A program made the position numbers and the translations under genes. DNA of 64,000 bases from Octopus sinensis. Lineage: Eukaryota. This document shows positions 1-12,029 of the stretch, piece after piece. Under the pieces are notes generated by a model. The model saw only the letters and a program-made list of their open reading frames with translations, was not told the origin of the DNA and ran no database searches. The stretch spans positions 310,001 to 374,000 of the forward strand of contig NW_021836291.1 of NCBI RefSeq assembly GCF_006345805.1. The letters run 5' to 3'. Numbering within the stretch: the stretch's first letter is position 1; every line of letters starts with the position of its first letter.

Positions 1-404
1 GCGTAATTACAGAAATCGACGTGTTCACACAGTTATAATAATGATTATAATTAGACTAGCGTTCAAGTCAGAGTGGAGATTTCGGTCTAGCACAGACAAT
101 GCCCACATTAGAGTCGGAACTTGAGGTGTGTTTAATTTATAAAGTTAGAAATACAAGAGGAATAAAGTGGGGGAAAATTGGTCTAACGTACGAATATATC
201 GCCACAGTGAACAAAATTAAATACATCTAATTACGATTTCTTTTTTTCTAAAATATATTTTCAATAAGATTTGTTAGTTTTTAGAGTTTTGATTCTCAGG
301 AAGAGTCTGAAAGTGTTAAAAATCTTTTGGAGAACAATCCTTAATTATTTGACATAATTTTAAATTTCTTAATATAAAGTCAAAATAAAGATGTTGATAA
401 ATTC

Positions 405-725
405 TGGCTGTCGGGGACCTAGAGAGTCAGTCCGGTGACGAAGCACTGCGGATTGAGAGGCAATTCCCGAACTGGAAGAGCCAGCTCGCCTCCTTCCGGT
501 CATTCGTTTTTAAGAAGATTTTCTCGCCAAGCATTCGCAACAACTTTTCTGCCTCCTTACCGTTCACGCCAGTGGTCTCAAAAGCAATGGCCACGAACTC
601 GTAAGCGTTAGAAAGGACTAAGTATTTCGACCTCTTTAGAATTTCTACGTTTTCTTTTGAGCTATTCTCACCATATTCTCAGATCTCTTTTTGTCAGGTC
701 TAGCAGTGACTTTCATTTCAAGTTA
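405..725 (-). mobile_element. CRE-like non-LTR retrotransposon, 3' fragment (end of RLE domain)
   Basis: Minus strand reads ..KRSKYLVLSNAYEFVAIAFETTGVNGKEAEKLLRMLGEKIFLKTNDRKEASWLFQ, homologous to the C-terminus of the 4840-7847 ORF (FVPVAVETSGVTG..EPTWLRQRI). Confidence 0.8.
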
Positions 726-1406
726 ATAATCTTCTTAGCTACTTCTCGGGCATTGTTCTTAATCTGCTGTTAGTTATCCCTGGCAATCCGCTCATTTCTT
801 ATTCGGTTTGCATATAACTTGTTTCAAAAGTTGATTCCAATTTTAATTAAAGTTATAAAAACACGAAAATATCTATGTTCTCGACAATGATGTCCACAAC
901 CCAGTTTCACATCAGGATATGAGACCAACGGCTAGCAGAAAAAATATTTCCTTTACGGGGATTTAACAGCAAATTTTCTGCAGATAGGAAAATTAGGACA
1001 GTGAAAAAAGTGCTCATCAACACAGCCAAGGCTACAGAAGGAAGAAATCAAATTGTTCATTGAGTGAGAGTAGAAAGTCTAATTATTGGTGAGCAAGAAA
1101 GATTGATATCAGCAGAACGGTCAAAAAGCATTTCAGAGGGGTAAACTTCCTTTGGAAGTTTGTTAAGGCCGGGGAGTTAGGCATCAGCCTTAGAATTGAC
1201 AACGTTGAAATAAAATTGTAAATTTTTTTCATTGGATTTGAACGTTTAGGCCAGGGATTCTCGACGGCCTTACTCCTCATTTTGATAAAATAGTAGACGC
1301 CAAACAAAATCAAAATTCTTGTATTACGCAATAAAGTTTTTTTCTTTCATCAAATAAAATATACCGCAAAGATACTCTTTATTATCAATTTGGTCTCTGA
1401 GTTAAG

Positions 1407-1423
1407 AAGGTTGAGAACTCCTG
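1407..1423 (-). mobile_element. Isolated hAT (Buster/Charlie-type) terminal inverted repeat
   Basis: aaggttgagaactcctg is the reverse complement of caggagttctcaacctt, like the TIR at 22388. It is flanked by gtttagac (nnnTAnnn). No partner end found. Confidence 0.45.
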
Positions 1424-1431
1424 GTTTAGAC

Positions 1432-2540
1432 CATTGATTTTAGCAAGAACACGGGAGTAATGTTTACCGTGCGTATTCTTTAGTGCATGGCCATTGTCAT
1501 TTAGCATGTTTAGGGCAGTTCAAAGGTGTTAGGATTATCGCAAAACAAATATTGTGCTCCTTTTATATTTAGATGTTCTTCTATCGTGACAAAATTGGTT
1601 TCGCAGTGCAGATGCTCGATGGATGTTGATTTCAGACACCTGGATATAATGAGCCTAGCAATGTTTTGAACAGATTGGAGTCCCACAGTGGAGCTAGTAG
1701 ATAGACTGAGAACCCAGCTTAAACTTCCGTAGATTATAACGGGGCGGATGTACTGTTTTAGAATTGCTTTAAAAATTGTTTCTGGGCATCAGTGATCCGA
1801 CCACTTATTGCTTTTAAAATGTTTGTACGCCTTTGAGGGTCTATCGAATTTTTGGAGCTGTTTGATCTTTAGCTGATTAAGGCGATAATTTGATTCTACT
1901 TTGAACCTGTGTGCTAATTTATGACAGCGTTAATTTGTTTTATAGAGGACTTAGCAGAGTGCCCTGTTATCTGTTTCAGTTTGTTGCGAGTCTTCATAAG
2001 AGAGTTTATTTCGTGACTGTAATCTTGACGGAACTTTTTAATTGTTTCTTGAAGGATGAATTTTTTGGAGTTGATAATGATGAGAACATTTAGGTAATTG
2101 ACTGCTGCATCAGTCGAGCCAAAGCTGCTGATGTTGAAATCGTTCAGAGAATTTTTTAAGCAAGGTGCTAATCGTCCCAAGAAGCTCTTTTGTAGTTAGT
2201 GTAACAGGGGTTAGGTTTCAAAGCATACAAGATTATGATTGGGTTATGGTCAGTGGTTAGGTCATAAACGACCTTCCAGGATGTGGCAAGGCCAAAACAG
2301 GACGAATGCGTGAAAATATACATATCGATCAGTTTTCTGGTTGAACACCTTGTTGAGACTGTTATAGCTGTCAGCTCAGTCACTGGGTCATTATCAATTA
2401 GTTAGTGGGGTATTGTGTACAGTTAGTGAAAGGGTTAATTTTCTGAAAAAAGTTTGATCATTTTCTAGTAGAAGTTCGAGCTTAACTTTGAGTTGCTCTT
2501 GTTTAGTGAATTAGCATCGAGTTCAACGCGACTCATTTTT
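1432..2540 (-). mobile_element. Degraded APE-type LINE (I/Jockey/CR1-like), end of endonuclease to start of RT
   Basis: Minus-strand peptides WKVVYDLTTDHNPII (SDH motif of APE) and NITPVF (RT domain 0-like); many stops. Confidence 0.6.
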
Positions 2541-2559
2541 TTCCATTTAAATCAAACTC

Positions 2560-3070
2560 AAGATTGACATTTTCAAATGAATGAGAAAACGCGTCTTCAG
2601 GTTGAATCTTTTTCATAGAAGTGATTGCACCAATTGCTTGTGAAAAAGGCTCTTTTTTACTGAGTGCTGATCTGAAAAGAATTCTATTGAAAATCCCCTC
2701 CAGAAACGGAGAACAAAAGGATCAGCATTAATACATGAGTCATCCGGAGAGCCATCCGGAGACTATCTCCAAGATAATAAAAAAACCACCTTCTGAAATC
2801 AATGAATCAGAATTACTATTGCCAAGAAAAGAACATATGATTATCGTAAGACTAAGCTGCGGACATCATTCCACGATTACATGGGGATAAAACCAGAAAA
2901 AAGGCTCTGCCACGTGTGTAACTCCAATCCAATCTTTGTCCACCATTTTTTTTCGTGTCACACGCAGCTTTTCGAAATCTCCGGAAGCGACCAGCCCACG
3001 CTGTGTGCCGCTTAATAGCCACTGGCTTCTTGCATGTCAGGGAATTTGGGGCTACTAACTAACTAACCAT
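2560..3070 (+). mobile_element. 3' end of I/Jockey-like LINE with C-terminal Zn-knuckle and (CTAA)n tail
   Basis: ELLLPRKEHMIIVRLSCGHH and LCHVCNSNPIFVHHFFSC, then ctactaactaactaac at about 3052-3068. Same family as 57955-58310. Confidence 0.65.
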
Positions 3071-3429
3071 GTAGTCTACAAACTCTGTTACTAAGTTGCA
3101 TGGATTTAACATACAGGTAATTCGCTTCAAGTTGTTTTAAAAACAAGGAAGTGATTCCCTCGTATAATCTACCGGATATTCTACATGTATTATTTTAACC
3201 GACTTGTTACAGTGAGAATTTTGGAATGAAGTTAACCTTTTAAGAAATTAAGACTCCTTCAAACCCACTTGTTTTTTAGTTAAGAAGTATTTTTGTTATG
3301 CTTTCCATGCTTCTTTATTACAATATTGATCTTGTCTTACACACATCCAATCCTAATTAACAGATTCACTTTTATTCCTTGTACAATATCCAGGCTGACA
3401 TAACAATTCTTTTGTCGTGTTATTGGTTT

Positions 3430-3860
3430 TTTTAAAAGCTTTTCTCCTGCTTTACCCAATTACCCCTTATTATAGCCAAGGAGACTTGTTCCACCAGATA
3501 ACGGTTTTCAAATAGGTCGCCGGTAGCTCCAAAAGTGATCTGATGCGACGAGAAAGGCTCCGACTGGAAGGTCCCTATATTCAAAGTATCTCGACTGTCA
3601 GGGGGACAAACACTCTGCCATTTTATCATCAGCATATTTCTCGAACTTCTTCCTTTCAGCACGTTTGGATGTGGCTTTAGGGTTTTTAAGTGATACTTTT
3701 ATGTTCTGGCAAAAAAAAATTTCACACACATGACGTCCATAACTAGACGGTGCATCTTGATACCCGAACTCGTATGTATTTACGCTGCATCAACATTGGT
3801 GTTGTCCTAAACCGAGACGTAAGCAGGTTCTGATCCTCATAGATTCTTCGTAGAAAGCAC
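3430..3860 (-). mobile_element. CRE-like retrotransposon 3' fragment
   Basis: MRIRTCLRLGLGQHQC (3790-3850) and ENRYLVEQVSLAIIRGN match the CCHC and RLE tail of the full-length CRE copies. Confidence 0.7.
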
Positions 3861-4292
3861 CAAGTCATCTCACATAAATAGTTATCGAAAACACATTAAA
3901 ATAGCAGTCTTAATTATTAAGTATCGCTTGTTCTAAAAGCAATTTGGTATTTTCCCTATAAAAAAACTTGGACTGTGACACGCATCAATAAAAAAGTTCA
4001 AAAAAGTTTAAAAGATTAGGATTTAGTTAAACTGAATCGAGACACCCTTGAAAAAATTAGAGAGTATTGGTAATCAGGCCATTTCAATGACTATATGAGT
4101 TCGGAAGAAAAGCCACAAATACGAAGATATGCCAAAAAATTCTGTTTTAAGGGGATTGACATCTACATTACAAAAATTGGCTCAAAATTGTTTGGAAGAC
4201 CCTGAGCTTAAACCTAAATTCATTGAAGTAATGTAAAAATGTTTCGAATGGTAGCTTTGAATTTTCTAATTTCGTCTTAGAATCATATAAGT

Positions 4293-4560
4293 ATGACAAC
4301 TGTGGTGACCATACCCTATCTTGGAGGGGTTGTTCTTGCCGCAGATAGCAGAGTAACCCAAGATGCGAATACTCCTAACGAAAGCTGTAATAAATTGTTG
4401 GACTAACAAATTGGATAATGACACGTCAAACAAAATATTTCAAATTACGAACAACTCAATTATTGGGTTCACGGGGAACATGCACGTTTATGAGAGATTG
4501 TTCGGTGCATGTCGTCTTAATTATTTGTATTTTTCTGATTAATTTGTGTGACCGGTTGAA
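4293..4560 (+). pseudogene. 20S proteasome beta-subunit-like fragment (N-terminal part only, frameshifted)
   Basis: MTTVVTIPYLGGVVLAADSRVTQ matches the beta-subunit TT..GGVV.AADSR motif. In another frame, DTSNKIFQITNNSIIGFTGN follows. No canonical micro-intron joins the frames and no C-terminal half is seen. Confidence 0.5.
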
Positions 4561-4839
4561 TACGAGCCCTGCCAAAAAATTTGATGTAAATTATAATTTG
4601 CTAATGTTGCAATTTATAATATCAAAAATAAAAATAATTCACATTATAATTTGCTAATGTTGTAAATAATTTTACTATTTTAAAGAAAACATGGTTCAAA
4701 TATAAAACATCATTTTTGCAAAAATTTAAAGTTCAATCATTAGTTCGGAACGTTTGCCTTTATTTTAATTGGCCTTTTGAATCGGTATATTAATTATCGA
4801 TTTTTTAACGGCTCGTAATCAACCGTATCTCATTACGTG

Positions 4840-7800
4840 ATGGCTGATGTGGGGTTGAATTTTGCTGTGAATAAGCAAGAAACTTTGATGCTTACGGACA
4901 ACGACAATGAAGAAAAATGCATGTTGTTAAGTGAAACTATCATTCCGAACATCATTCCAAAAAGAGAGAACACGATATGCTCTTCCTGCGAACTGAGCAA
5001 CAAACGCCGGTTTGGCATGAACTGTTCATCTTGCGGTGAATTTTTCCATCTTTCATGTATTAAAATCACCAACAAAGCAGCAAAGACGCTATACAAATGG
5101 GACTGTCGTCGATGCATGAGTTCTTGTACAAACCGAAATTTCAATCCTCCTGAAATAAATATTGCGCCTAACCAGCCTGATCTTCCCTCAAATACAGACC
5201 TCATCCTTCTACACCTATCGGAGCTACGGAAGTCCAGGAAGATTCCTCTAAGGATTCCGAAATCCGCCCGTATTTCAGCTGCTTCATGTCTTAGCCAGCT
5301 AATTGATAATGCTCTCTCCACTAACAGCTTGGCTTCTTGGGTTCAATTGCTGAGCTTTGCACCTCTTGCTCTTGGAGTACAATTCAAAAACGCTACGCAG
5401 AATGAGTCATATCCTGTATTATCAAGAGAAATATAAAATCAATTGATGACAAAGTACACCACACAAAGCTGAATGAAAGACGAAATATAACTCTAAACCA
5501 GGATAGCATAAGAGATAGAGTGAATAGGAAACTCATTTAGGGTGATATCCGTGCTGCTTTGCGCGTCGTGAGCAACGATGATACGGTTTTAGCCCCGACT
5601 CCTTCAGTGATCGAACATCTGATACGTAAACACCCTTACCCACCTACGGACTACCAAGAATTCGCTATGCCGGAAAATTTGCCCAGCATTATCATCACCG
5701 AACAGGAGGTGATTTCCGGAATCGCGTCGTTTGCTCTAAGCAGCAGTGGAGGCTTGGAGGGCCTGCGACCGGGACATGTCAAAGATCTTACTGCGAGATC
5801 AGTTCATAGTTCAAATTTGGTTAAATCCATTACGTCGCTGGTTTCTAAAATTGTCAATGGAAAGATCCCTTCTTATGCAAGGGAACTACTATTCTCCGCG
5901 CACCTATTGGCCTTTAAAAAGAAGGACGGGGGAGTAAGACCGATCGCAGTTGGTAATTACTTCAGAAGACTTGCGGCAAAGATTGTCGCTAAAAGAGTCT
6001 GTCCGCGGATAAGCGGAGAACTTTCGCCAGTCCAATTGGGAGTCGGTATTACAAATGGATGTGAGGCCTCTGTGCATGCGACAAGATGCTACTTTGGCTG
6101 TAGTGCGAAAACCCCCCGCATGGGGCTCAAAATAGACATATCTAATGCTTTCAACACACTGCGACGAGATCGACTTATGGAATCGTGCTGGAAGAGAGTT
6201 CCGGAGATAATTCAGATAGTTAACCTCTCTTATGGGAAAGAATCGTCTCTAGTCTTCGGTAACGAAATTATCAAGTCACGAAGTGGAGTACAGCAAGGAG
6301 ATCCACTAGGACCTTTACTGTTTTCGTTGGCCATCGATGATGTTGCACGTTCAACTGGAACAGAACTCAATCTCTGGTATCTCGACGATGCCACTATCGG
6401 TGGAACTTGGGAATCTGTTTACGATGGAATTTCGCGAATTGCTCCTGCTTTGAAAAGCCTCGGTTTGGAAATTAATACAAACAAATCGGAATTGATCAAT
6501 ATTACGTACTCCAATGACGAATTCATGCGAATTACTCAACAGTTCAACCATTTGCTTAAAGGGATTTCTACCACGGCTCGGGACGAGGTATATTTCCTCG
6601 GTGGTCCACTTGGTGACGCAGAATTGCGTAAACACCTTCGGAAGAAGGCAGAAAACCTATCACTATTTACACAACGAATATCCCTCCTTGATGCGCATAC
6701 TGCGTTTTTTCTCATGAGAGCGAGTATCTGCATGCCAAGACTTCTTTATGCTCTAAGGAGCTGCCCTTGCTATGCACAACGAGACAGCCTCTTATTACTT
6801 GATCAGACACTGAAAGACACGGCCGAAACTATTTTAAACGTTCGTTTTGATGATCTGGGATGGATTCAGTGTAAACTGCCAACGAAATTGGGTGGAGTTG
6901 GCCTCAGGTCCGCATTGGAAGTAGCAGCACCAGCTTATCTCTCGTCGCTCTCAAGCAGCCGGGATCTGGTCCAGGAAATTCTACGTAACCCTTCTGAATT
7001 TTCCTTGGAGCCGGAGTTCGCTAGAGCTTGTGAACGATGGAGTGGAACTGGGTTGATGATTCCGGCGGAGACATTCAAACAGACTAACTGGGATTCGATT
7101 TTATGCAACGACATCGTCCAAAAATACAAACAGAGGGCCAACCAGCATCGACTCACATGTCTCTTGTCCGGAGCACGCCATCATAGTGGCGCGTGGCTTG
7201 ATGCTCTCCCGTGTCCTGCTCTTGGCAATCTATTGGACAATAATTCTATGAGAATCGGTGTAGCACTTCGTCTGGGACTGGATATTTGCCAAGTTCACGG
7301 CTGTCGTTGCGGAGGCCTTGTTGATGCCAAAGAACTGCACCCTCTATCCTGCGGAAGAAGTGCAGGTCGAACCCCTCGACATGCCGCATTGAATGATGTG
7401 ATACGACGTGCCCTAGAGGCAGCAGGATTCCCAGCAAGACTGGAACCTGTGGGTCTTAACCGTAATGATGGGAAAAGGCCAGATGGAGTGACTCTTTTCC
7501 CCTACTCTGGGGGAAAACCACTAGTTTGGGACTCGACATGCGTGGACACTTTCACTCGAAAGAACATCAACATTTCTTTGCGTTCACCTGGATCGGCCGC
7601 TAACTTTGCTGAAAAAGCAAAAATTGCCAAATATTCCACAATCGGGGATTCGTACCGCTTTGTTCCTGTGGCAGTCGAGACTTCGGGTGTCACAGGAACT
7701 GTAACTGAGTCATTCCTTAAAGAAATCGGACGTAAAATCGCTCATATAAAAAACGACTGGAGGGAACCCACATGGCTTCGACAAAGAATAGGTTTGGCCG

Positions 7801-7847
7801 TTGTTCGCGGCAATGCCTATTCGATTATGTCGTCAGCCGCGAATTAA
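4840..7847 (+). mobile_element. Near full-length CRE-like non-LTR retrotransposon: PHD finger + RT + CCHC + restriction-like endonuclease in one ORF
   Basis: C4HC3 PHD (CSSC..CSSC..HLSC..WDCRRC); RT motifs GGVRPIAVG, DISNAFNTL, GVQQGDPLGPLLF, WYLDD; HGCRCG..HPLSC; RHAALN..GKRPDG..WDSTC..KIAKY (RLE). One 1-nt deletion near 5410 and one in-frame TAG near 5538 split the ORF. An A-rich tail lies at about 7889-7899. Confidence 0.92.
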
Positions 7848-7994
7848 TTATATGCGCTTTTTACAGCTCGTCTAAAACCTTTTTGATTAAAAAAAAAAAT
7901 TTATTAGATTCGACCATAATGTCGATCCAGGGAATTTGACAATATTCATTAAAGGAATTTTGGCAAATTATACACTTCCATTTTGTATAAATAA

Positions 7995-8720
7995 TGTTTT
8001 TTGTATAAATTGTAGTTGGTTGTGGTTATAGACTCATTTTCTAAATTCGCAGTTGTAAAACTTGCCAGGCGGAAATCAGCGGAGAAAATTACTAGAAAAA
8101 GAATATTTTTTACATGACTGGTCCCCCATTTATTCTACAGACGGATAATGGGAAAGAATTTAAGAACAAATGTATGGAAACAATGTGTAATGATCTAAAA
8201 ATCATACATATAAGTGGACGCCCTAAAGCACCATGGATTCAGGGTCATGTAGAAAGGCAAGTTATTTGTAATTTATCTTTAGATTCAATCAATCGATCAA
8301 AAGGTCAACTAGTGCCTCAAATTGGTCTTTTGGAAGCTATAAAGACTTCTATCAAGAAATCGTTTATAAATATAACATGGCAAAGCATGAAACGACCAAG
8401 AGGACACCTTTCGAAATTTTTATGGGAGGAAATAATTTAATCCCGAGGGAAATAAGATCGGCTTTATTGTCATTCGATGGATATGAAGCGGTTGAATCAA
8501 ATCAATCGGAGATAATTGGATCCGATTATTTCGAAAACGAGGACGATTGTTTGAATCAACAAAGTGTGTATGAAAGCCATGTTTTCGCCGGAGAAAAAAT
8601 GAAAAGGAGGCGGAAATAGAAATTTAATGAAGATTTAGCCGTAGGAGATAATGTCCTACTGAGCCATGATATTGATGCAAATCCAAATAATCGAAAATAC
8701 CCCCTATACGATCTGTATAA
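7995..8720 (+). mobile_element. Gypsy-like DDE integrase with a spliceosomal micro-intron (Ginger-like DNA transposon or domesticated integrase), degraded
   Basis: VIDSFSKFAVV..GPPFILQTDNGKEFKN..SGRPKAPWIQGHVER, then after removing 8257-8282 (GC..AG) FNQSIKR..YNMAKHETTKRTPFEIFMG. These are typical rve motifs. Confidence 0.75.
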
Positions 8721-10667
8721 TTATTGGCAGTCACCCCGGAGTAGTGATAATTAAATCAGCCCACGATGCTATAAAACATGCAGCGCAAAAGGACCGATTA
8801 ACAGGAGGATTTTCCCAAAGTATATTTTAATAAATAATATCTTAGTTCACACAATATCTTTATTTGGAATTAGTTTAGTGGGATAACCCCACTACAATAA
8901 CTTCTGAAATTCATTTAGTGAAAATGTTGTACGACTCAAATTCTTTAAAACGTATTAACTTTTTTAATCTTGTAAACACAAATGGAGTTGAAAAAATCGA
9001 AGTTTTTTCAAACAATTCTGCGGGATTTTCGGGAGATGTGAGGCTAATACACGAATTAATGTATTATCAATATAAAATACACCCCGTGTTATTGACATCT
9101 GGAGACATTAAAAAAATACGAGAGACAAATCAATCAAGGTTGTGTGCTTCCTCTACAACAAGCATTTTTAGTGATTTTCGTGGATCACGATATAGCCAGA
9201 AAGTAAAGACGCCAAAAAAAGACAAATCAAAAACTTAATTTTTCTGGATGTCTGCTATTGATTGATTTTAGTTTTATTTGATTCTTTTTTGATTCCTCGT
9301 TATTTTTAATAGATTTCTTGTTAATAGATAAATCAGAATAAAGATAGAGTAAAAAAATTCAAAAAGATATAAAAAAATCATTATAAAAATGTCAAAATAA
9401 TAAGAGATTGACTTTTAAGGAATAAAATCAAAAAATGATGAAAATGATAAAATTTCAAATTCTGTAATCAGGAAATGAAAGTTCATAAAGATTTATTCCT
9501 TACAAATCAAATTAAATAAGAATGTAAAAAAGTACACATAAAATACCAACAAACTAAGTCAACTACATGTATCAACGTGTTATAATTTATTAGGCTTACC
9601 TTTAAAAATAGGTTAACCATTTGTGTAATGATTTTAATTTTAATAAATATGAATTTTATTTATATTTTCGAGAAGCTTCTCCTACCAATGTCAGTGAGAA
9701 ATTGAATCACGGCCTAGCCGACGATTCCTGAGGTCTCTATAAACTTGGAACTCTCTCTCTGGATTGTCAATTTTGTGAAGAACTATGCCTTTACTGACGA
9801 CCTGAGTATCAGATAAGTTTGACATTTTTTTAGTGAGGACAGAAGGAATGTGAATATTCTTCATGTCGATCAAGTTACTGTTTACTGAAATGTGCGATGA
9901 GACACCTTATTTGGCATTGGAAATTGACTTGATGTCCCCTTGGTAAATTCATTTGGGTCTTTCGTTGTTTCTGCGTTGAATCATTTATTGGATTGAGAAA
10001 AACTAAAAATCAATGTTTTAAAAAGAGGGAAGAAATATTTTTTTCAACTGTGTGGTTATGGAGGTTTGTTTTCAACTTGTTACAACAATACCCACTACCA
10101 CTGATATCCTGAATACATCAAAAAAATGTAAACCAAAAAATCAATCGCGTTTGTGTATTTAATTTAGAAAATCCTTTTTGTGGAGACAGTGTTGGGAATT
10201 GTCATTCGTGTTGACATATTCCTGCCATAATTCAGTTAAAGAAGATGTTTTTTCTATCGGATCTGTCAAAAAATATGTTTACCAGTACAAATCATTGTAT
10301 ATATTTTTAATAATCAATATTTTAGATTTCGCAAGAATAAAAATCGCTCTTTCAGGAATGCGCTATCTCTGGCACACAATTGTCTGGAGTTCGCCTCTTG
10401 GAAGAGCACAAGTACTGGAAGGAATTCAAATAGTAAGAAAGTATTTTTTAACTATTTAGTCTGGTCTATAACGAAAAAGGGCTGTCTTTAAGGGTTAGAA
10501 TTGAGAGAGTTGAAAGAATTGAGAGATTATTCAAAATTGAGTTGAAAATTGAGTCTTGAAAACAAAAAATTCTAGAAACCGAAACCTTTGATGCAAGGGT
10601 GTCAAACGAATTTTGTGCCTCTTTTTAAATAAATATTTTTCCTTTCTTTCCTTACAGTTAAAAGTTT

Positions 10668-12029
10668 GCGGCAAGATGAAACATATTTGCAGTGAATGGT
10701 GATCAAAAAACACTCATTTCTTTTTCAAGTTCACTGAAAATTTAAAAAAGTGTCTCAAATTGTCAAATCAGCATTGTCTCAATATCAGCATTCGATGTGG
10801 GGGAAATTACATTTTTTAAGCACAAAAAATATTCAATGTTTCGGACTGTCAATCTTGTTTGCCGTAGTGGATTGAATATTTCATTTGGTGTAATGATGTG
10901 TATTATAGGTAACAAATCAAGCAATGCCTTGGGGAAGCTTTTCTAACGAGCCTGCCACAATGAAGGCATCTGCCACGGTCTTCACCTCTGAATACAGATT
11001 TTGGAAAAGTCTGGTCTACCTTGTCAATTGTATTCTATATTTAGCATTTTCAAAGAAATTTGATCCATATAGGAAAGAAACTCGAATTTTTGTATTTAAA
11101 GGCATCCTTGAGTTTTCATCGAATTATCTAAATGGGTAAGTTCCCATTACACTAATTATGTGTGCTAAAATTTAACAGCTAATGAGAGTCATTAAAGACT
11201 CAGATTAATCTTTTCATGTATACATTCCATTTGATGTTTGCTCAACTATTCACATTAAAATAGAAAAATGATGACAATTAAATAGTAAATAAATATCCTG
11301 CTTTTAAGATGAATAACAAAGCCGTTTAATTCAAAAAAATCATATTACAAAAGCTTAAACCACTACGTGCTATGACTACATCAATGTGAAGGTTTTATAT
11401 ATAATTATCGGAATAAATGGTTTTGGGCAAATGTAAGTTTATCACCTTCCCAGGAATATTTGACAAATTCTGATGATTCAAGAATCTAGCAGCATGCACA
11501 ATTGAATACTCCACTCATCTGTCCAGTAAATATTCATGTTGATTATCACTAGTTAATGTACTCTTTCTGTCAATATATGACTCTCACCGGGCATATTCGT
11601 TTCCTAAGATCTGTGTATGGAGATGACCATTTTTTAATGTATACAAAATCCGAACAAGAAAAGGTCGTAAAATTTTTTCCCAAAAAAGATAAGCTCGCAA
11701 AATTTTTTTCCGAACCAAATAAAGTCGCAAAATTTCTTTCCTACCAAAAAAAAGTCGATTTTTTTGTTAATTGTTTTTGTTTAATAAATTTCATATATTT
11801 TTATTAAAAAATTAATTTACCTGAGTGATATCTCAAATCAATTATTTCCAATTGTAAGTTAGCGGCAAGATGAAACATATTTGCGGTGAATGTGATCAAA
11901 AAACACTCATTTCTTTTTCAAGTTCACTGTAAATTTTAAAAAGTGTCTCAAATTGTCAGAAATCATGTTATTTTCTTTTTTATCGATTCATATCAGCATT
12001 CGATATGAAGGAAATTACACTTTTTAAGC
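10668..12029. repeat. Pair of about 160-bp direct repeats (10668-10821 and 11862-12029)
   Basis: Both start gcggcaagatgaaacatatttgc..gatcaaaaaacactcatttc..aaaaagtgtctcaaattgtca and end atcagcattcgat..gaaattaca..ttttaagc, with small indels. Confidence 0.85.
11651..11763. repeat. 30-bp tandem repeat, about 3.5 copies
   Basis: Units at 11661, 11691, 11721 and 11751; consensus about aaagtcgcaaaattttttccnaaccaaaat. Confidence 0.85.

Noticed and set aside
4080-4240. Kinase subdomain XI-like peptide LAQNCLEDPELKPKFIEV
   Set aside because: Isolated short match with no upstream kinase motifs recoverable by splicing.
4833-5321. Long antisense ORFs in the track (also 27314-27739, 34687-35157, 36093-36644)
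   Set aside because: Shadow frames of retrotransposon coding regions on the opposite strand.
5530-5545. Stop-codon reassignment suggested by in-frame TAG/TGA in CRE and Tc1 ORFs
   Set aside because: Host genes end at TAA, TAG (mago) and TGA (STRAD) at homologous C-termini; the TE stops are ordinary point mutations.
10900-11010. RGRCLHCGRLVRKASPRHCLIC on minus, resembling a piggyBac cysteine-rich tail
   Set aside because: No DDD core, TTAA-flanked TIRs or complete Cys/His set.
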